Shown piece by piece: positions 57,745 through 64,000 of a DNA stretch of 64,000 nt. Position 1 is the stretch's first letter; each line of letters opens with the position of its first letter. Origin of the DNA: Bugula neritina. Lineage: Eukaryota; Animalia; Bryozoa. The stretch lies in assembly GCA_964035545.1 (NCBI GenBank), contig OZ037767.1:22770628-22834627 (forward strand), given 5' to 3'. The translations under genes were made by a program, and so were the position numbers. The notes under the pieces are model-generated. The model did not search any database. It was not told where the DNA came from and saw nothing but the letters and a program-made list of their open reading frames with translations.

Positions 57745-60700
57745 TATATAATATACAAGTAATTTTATCAATAATTATCCATAGTATTTTCATAGCAATT
57801 TAATGAACTCAACATACAATGTGTATACGAGATAAAACATGCACTTGAATAGAATTTATCAGTAGAGGTTGATTTCGTTTTCCTCAACAGATAACGAATT
57901 GGCAAACAGAGCAACTGGGTGATATTACTGTACGTGACAATGTCTAGTGTAACCAAAACTAGAATGTAACTACGCGTTCAGTTCACTGAATTCTACCATA
58001 AGCTGCAGCACAGGCCATGCTGCAGTATATTAACCTTACACTTACACATATATATACGTACTTTAATAATTAAAACAAAAAAATGACTGCTTTTTGTACA
58101 TTACTAGTAAAAATAACTTGCTTAGAACTTTAAGTAATTACTTTATTGGTTAGCATGTATTTCCAGTATAACAATTTTAGGCTCTTTCTTAACCCCTATC
58201 ATAGCTTTAACCCCCTCCTGCACATGCCCTGTAGGTGACTAAGTCTATTAGCGACACAGCTAAAGGATGGGAACCCACCAAACGGCTGGCCAGACTGTAT
58301 TTACTGGAGGACTTCCTCCACTTGGCATAATCTCTTCTACACATAATGCTGTAGAGATAGCTGATGAACCAGAACAAGAGAACGAGGGCGGTGAGTATGA
58401 CCAGCCCCAGTAATATCTTCTCTGTGCCACTCAGTGCTTGTAGAATAGCGGCTAAAAGGAAAGATGACACACAAGTTGGTTATTGCTACAGCAGTGGAAC
58501 TATTTAATGTGTATAGGCTAGTAAGTAAACTAGAGTCTAAAGTAGATAAGTGTATACCTATAACAGAGATGATAACTTACCTTTAGTGTAGATAAAGTGT
58601 AGAAATGAACTGTTGGAAGGAGATACAAGATCAAAATCTTCTGTGTCTTCTACTGCTGAATATTCATAGTTGGGGTCATCAAACATTTGACTTCTACAGC
58701 ATAAACGTGTGTAACTGCAGACTCTGGTGTGTATACATGTGTAACTGCAGACTCTGGTGTGTACACATGTGTGACTACAGACTCTGGCGTGTATAAACTA
58801 TAAATGTGTAACTACAGACCTTGGTGTGTATACATGTGTGACTACAGTGTGTAAATATGCATAACCAAAATTCTAATACAAATACAATGTCGGTAACTAT
58901 GATCAGCTGTGAACATACAGACACAAGAACTATGACTCAGGCATACAAACTCATGTATACAGGTGCACAAAATTCTTCCAAATTCACAGAATTCAGGTGA
59001 AAAATGTGTTTAATTTGTCACTTTGGGCCATTAACTGTTAATCAAACGTAACGAAGGCAGCAACTGTCACTTCAAATGATAACATATCAGCACACTAGAA
59101 GTAGTCATTGATTATAATTATATTCACTATACTGAAATTCTCAATTACTAGTTGAATTTTCAATAAACAAAGATTTAATTTTCCCCCAATTATAAATCAG
59201 TAACACGAGTAGACAACCAACACGGATATAAATATCTTTAGAGCGTTAACACTGGTAAACTGTATATTGTATAGGGAGTTACAAGAGAGCAAGTTGGTAG
59301 TAAAACATACTGGGACTTGAGGTGGCTGGCCTGTTCAGCTGTGATAATGAGAGAGAGTTTAATTGAGGGCAGGAAGGTGACGTATGTACCCACAATGCTC
59401 TTGTTGTACAGAGAGAAGACGGCAGGCCAGTGCATGAATGAAACCTTCTTCCAATTCTCTCCACCATTCATATCCTGGCAACCAAACACAGCCAATACTT
59501 AACATATTACAGCACCATTATAGTAAATATTATATAATATGTTATATAAATATTTGCTATATTACATATTATATAATATATTATACAAATATATATTACA
59601 ACACCATTATATTACATAATGTTTTATAAATATTCATTATATGATATATTATATTATATAATATGTTATATACATATATATTTATATAATATAATATATA
59701 TTACATAATATAATAAAAAGCACATTTATTTAATCTATATTATACAACATATATACTATAAATTGTTTATAAGTCCATATCACATTAATTGGCTGGTGAA
59801 ATTAATCTATAGCTCAGAATAACTTGATTGAGTTCATTTGAATTGACTTTTAATTCCTTGAACAGTTCAATTATAGTATCAATGCTCATTCAGCTATTGA
59901 ATCAGTCTCAAACTTGCCATTAATTTCAAAAATAAATATTACATTTTGAATTTTTTCCCCCAAATTTTTGACAATTTTCAACACTTGCAAAGCCATTTCA
60001 GATTTCCAAGTCAAATTAAATCAATGCTTGCAGCAGAGCAACTTAAATGAGGAATTTCAAGTATTTTTTCAGCTTTGATAAGAAATACGTTACAAATGAT
60101 TAGTTATGATTACAACAAATAAAAGTGTTGATAAAGAAAAGCTGTTGGCAAGTAATATCCATTTAACAATCATAACTGAATATGTCAGATATCATTTGCA
60201 GTAACCAAACACTAGTTCTCTTAGCACACTGTTGCCTGACCCCCCCCCCCCCCCACAGTATGTTACAGCCCCTTTGGACACACACTTACCTGGTCTATGA
60301 CTTTGGCAGCCAGTGGGCGCATGTCCGGGTTATTGAGGATATCCCTAACAGACTCGGGTAGCCTGGTGTGGTTGGTGTTGAAGTAGGGGGGCGGGGTGGG
60401 GGCGTCCTGACTGTACAGAGTCACCTGGGAGATGATGCTAGAGATGATGCCGGTCTTGTAGAGCACCAGACCGATCCATATGACCGTACAGAGCATCATA
60501 AGTCTCTGTACAACACGGAACTGGGCCACAAAGTTCATCACCTTTATTCTCTTGGGTATGTGAAACAGAGAGGCTACTATAAACGTGTCGCTCTCAGCTG
60601 GACTGGGATTGAGGTCAGGTTGAACTGTGGTACTGGCGTTGTCTGCCAGCACTCGACCTGTATCGCTCTAGAAAGTGAGAGAATAAGGCTACAGAACAAC

Positions 60701-63700
60701 TCATCTGTATAAAATAGGCCAACAACTATAATTTACCTACACATGTAGGTATGTATGACCTCTTCCAAGGTCACTGAGGTAGTTACCTGCACATGTAGGT
60801 ATGTGTGACCTCTTCCAAGGTCACTGAGTTCCAACCTCCTGATGTCTATACTCAGAACTGTAGCGAAGAAGAACATTTGAAGATAGAAGTCAACGAGCAG
60901 CCCAATGGAGGCAAAGAGGCAGAACTCCTGGATAGCCGGCACAAACGTCAGAAACCTGCGCGATAAGAAAAACAGCACCTCAACCTCGACATCTACAGTT
61001 TATTTCACAAAGGAGCAGTACAAGACGTAATCACAGGAAAGAGATGGTAAAGACGTACCCAAATGCCAGGATGACCAGTTCCGTCATCAGATGCTTTGTT
61101 ATGTTCCAACCTTCCATCCTTAGGCCTTCAGCAATCCTAAACTTCACCTGAAATGTAACGTGACGCAAGTGTGACACATGAAGAGCATGAAGCCAATATT
61201 AACTCCTGCAGAAACCCAACTACTACCATTATTATGTCTAGAAAGCTATTACTATTGATTAGAAATCTGTTAAATGTGATTTTATCTGTTGGGTTCAACT
61301 TAACACAAGAGAAGACAACATTGCACAAATAGCCACTGTTCCTACCTCAAGGTTGAGGGGCGTGCTGACCACCGACCTCGTGACTACAAGGACGTTCTCA
61401 AGGCCAACAATCACAACAAGGTAAGGGAATATTTCCCCACTGTTGACAGAGGGAGTAACTCCAAATACAGCGCAAATAGATATGCTCATCAACAGTGAAC
61501 AAACAACAGTAATCACAGCAGAAAATGCCAGACCCCATTTGGATTTAACCTAAAACAGTAGAAAACAATGCATGCTAATCATATTGCATAATTTCACTGG
61601 TGACACAGGTTTAATAATAGAGATACAAGAGCTAGTGATGATAGTAGTCATTAAGCACTACTGGTACTTGTAGAAGCAGAAAAAGTACAACTACTAGTAA
61701 CAGTAGTAGTAACAGTACTAGTACTGGTAGTAGTAGTAGTAACAGTACTAGTACCGGTAATAGTAATAGTAGCAGTACTAATACTAGTAACAGAATATTA
61801 AAAGTCTTGACATAGCGAACTTGATAAAACTATTCCATAACCTATTTGTGCAAAAAAAGACCATGAAAATATTCTCTAAAACAAGATCAAACTTTCTTAC
61901 TCCAAGAAAATGTCAGCTTGTCTTACCATTTCAATCTTCTGCACGGAGAAGTAAATATAAAGGAAGAGAATAAAATAGGCAGCAATCAGGGGAGTATAGT
62001 CAGCAATGTATGAAGTGGTGTGCTCCCTGTAACTGTAACAAACACATCAGATATACGCTAAAGTCCGTGTGAGAGAGTGCAAGCTGTGTGTATCACTCAA
62101 CCTGTATAACAACTTCTTCAAACTCATGGCCAAGTTATCAAATTCCTGAGGTTGTTTGGAATTATACTGAAATGTTTTAAAGATTTAATCCATCTCAACT
62201 GTAACTAACATCGATAAATCCAAATAATTTAGTAAGGCTGTCTTTGGCTACAAAACTATTTAAGTTGAGCAGCTATGAGAACTACAATGTTTGTCACAGT
62301 TTGCTACTTCTTAAATAATAACAGGATTTGGGGTTGTATATCTGGTCTAATGACAGTAAGTGTATACAGATGTGTAATGCACACTCCTATCAATTCCAAC
62401 ATACTGACAATATCCTACAACAAGGAATTGATTGTCACATTATTCTACACTCACAGTCACACTGAGTAGGACCCACACTCACCCTGAGTAGGACTCACAC
62501 TCACACTGAGTAGGACTCACACTCACACTGAGTTGTACTCACACTGAGTTGTACTGACAGTCACACTGAGTAGTACTGACAGTCACACTGAGTTGTACTG
62601 ACAGTCACACTGAGTTATACTCACACTCACACTGAGTTATACTCAGAATGAGTAGTACTCACAGCTACACTAAAAAGTACTCACAGTCACACTGAGTAGT
62701 ACTCAGTCACACTCAGTAGTATTCACAGTCACATTGAGCTCTCACCTGACGTGTGTGATTGTCTGTGAGACATTGGAGTTAACTAGACTGAGTGGGTAGA
62801 GAGACAGCAGTGTGTCTGTAAGCTGTTTGATATACTCCGGGTTATAAGTCTTGTATATTATAGTGATGGAGTACTGTACCGTCCTCTCTCGGTTTCTAAC
62901 AAAGTACTTGCTCATCCCTGGTTAACAGAGGTAAGTATACACTAGACAGGTAAGTATACATTAGAATGTTAAGTATACAGGTAAGACAGGTAAGTATACA
63001 TTCGACAGGTGAGTATAAACTAGACAGGTAAGTATACACTAGAATGTTAAGTATACAGGTAAGACAGGTAAGCACCTACCACTCTCCCTCCAAGGCACAC
63101 CAAATAGCAAGTCTCTCATGCGTGGAGATGCCTCATAGGAGTTCTGGGCCGAAGATTGAACAGTCTGTAGAATCTCCTTGTCATTCTCAAACACCTACAA
63201 AACCAACAGAGAGATACAGTGTTTACAGTGAGGTCATCAACGTTAATTGTAATATATGGACAGCAGAAATCCATATAATTTCGAACACACTTTGAACAGC
63301 TGCAATAAAGCATTGAGCTCCACACGCCCCTTTGAAGTCTAACATTAGATAAAAGTTGAATCCATAAAGCAGAGTAAATACTCACCTCTTTCTGGTTGTG
63401 CCAGAGGTTAGCTGGAGAGAGAATAAGACAATCAAACTGAGGGAGGAAGCGAGAGCCCTGCATGTTGGCGTCAGGCTCAGACACGTGGAGACAGACATCA
63501 GAGATGGTTAACTTCTTGCTTGATGTACCATCACCCACCTGTTCACAGTGTCACAGAGTCATTAATCAAAGGCATACAGTATATATAATCTAGCAGCTAG
63601 TCAAAACTAAGTCTGAGGACAAGCCCCTAGTTACAATAATTAATTTTATAAACAGAACTACAAACTATTTAAATTTATTCATGATTTAAAAACACAAATT

Positions 63701-64000
63701 GTGGTGTTGTTATCACAATGAATAGTTTAATAACAACTTTATCATGTAATGCTTCCAAGGATCTTACCAATAATGATAGAGTAACAAAGTTAATAACTAA
63801 AGTTAGTAATGTACTCATACTACAGTCAGTAATCTACTCATACTACAGTTAGTAATGTACTCATACTACAGTTAGTAATGTACTCATACTAAAGTCAGTA
63901 ATGTACTCATACTACAGTCAGTAATGTACTCATACTACAGTCAGTAATGTACTCATACAATAGTGAGTAATGTACTACTCACCTGTAACCGGTTGATTTG
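49511..64000 (-). CDS. SCAP: SREBP cleavage-activating protein (sterol-sensing domain + WD40); 5' end beyond the window
   Basis: Minus-strand exons give [112 protein letters not shown] and WD40 repeats ([20 protein letters not shown]). The last exon is 50091-49511. Confidence 0.95.
50746..55933 (-). mobile_element. Academ (XPG-type) DNA transposon derivative with ~1.19-kb inverted repeats, in a SCAP intron
   Basis: TAG...CTA termini and 3-bp TSD TCA (50743-50745 / 55934-55936). Inverted repeats at 50746-51935 and 54743-55933. Internal remnants encode Academ transposase, XPG nuclease and a Cys-rich finger. Confidence 0.88.
51708..54742 (-). pseudogene. Disrupted, 5'-truncated Academ transposase-XPG-Cys8 ORF
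   Basis: [46 protein letters not shown] and [10 protein letters not shown] (transposase); [18 protein letters not shown] and ALTGCDSVS (XPG/FEN1-like); [12 protein letters not shown]; [25 protein letters not shown]. Contains in-frame stops and frameshifts. Confidence 0.85.
55977..56180. repeat. 30-bp intronic minisatellite
   Basis: Unit ~TATAGTACTATAGCATAGTGTAGGTA. Confidence 0.85.
62445..62745. repeat. Intronic minisatellite rich in GTGAGT (SCAP sense strand)
   Basis: Plus-strand ACTCACACTGAGTAG(T) variants running up to the donor at ~62745. Confidence 0.85.
62925..63075. repeat. CAGGTAAGTAT array filling a SCAP intron
   Basis: About 8 AGGT(A/G)AG units on the plus strand. Confidence 0.9.
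63782..63981. repeat. 26-bp intronic minisatellite
   Basis: Unit AGTAATGTACTCATACTACAGT(C/T). Confidence 0.9.

Overview
This is AT-rich, intron-containing animal DNA, probably from an invertebrate; the species cannot be determined from sequence alone. It holds four host genes. (1) The 3' part of an LRRC74-like leucine-rich-repeat/EF-hand gene (+, <1..12035). (2) An unidentified low-complexity multi-exon gene (-, ~12502..18030). (3) A complete afadin/canoe gene (+, 24519..48824). (4) SCAP (-, 49511..>64000). Three young transposons have intact target-site duplications. A BEL/Pao LTR element (3304..9481) sits in an LRR-gene intron; its single open ORF keeps Gag, protease and integrase but lacks reverse transcriptase. 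A Gypsy LTR element with identical LTRs (19493..23993) lies just upstream of afadin. An Academ (XPG-type) DNA transposon (50746..55933) in a SCAP intron has had its 5' end replaced by an inverted copy of its own 3' end, giving ~1.19-kb near-perfect inverted repeats. Many introns carry a private minisatellite, often built from or straddling splice-site sequence. One SCAP intron is largely an array of ATACTTACCTG, identical to the U1 snRNA 5' end. Most short ORFs in the ORF track are repeat or antisense artefacts. All exon boundaries and alignments were read by eye.
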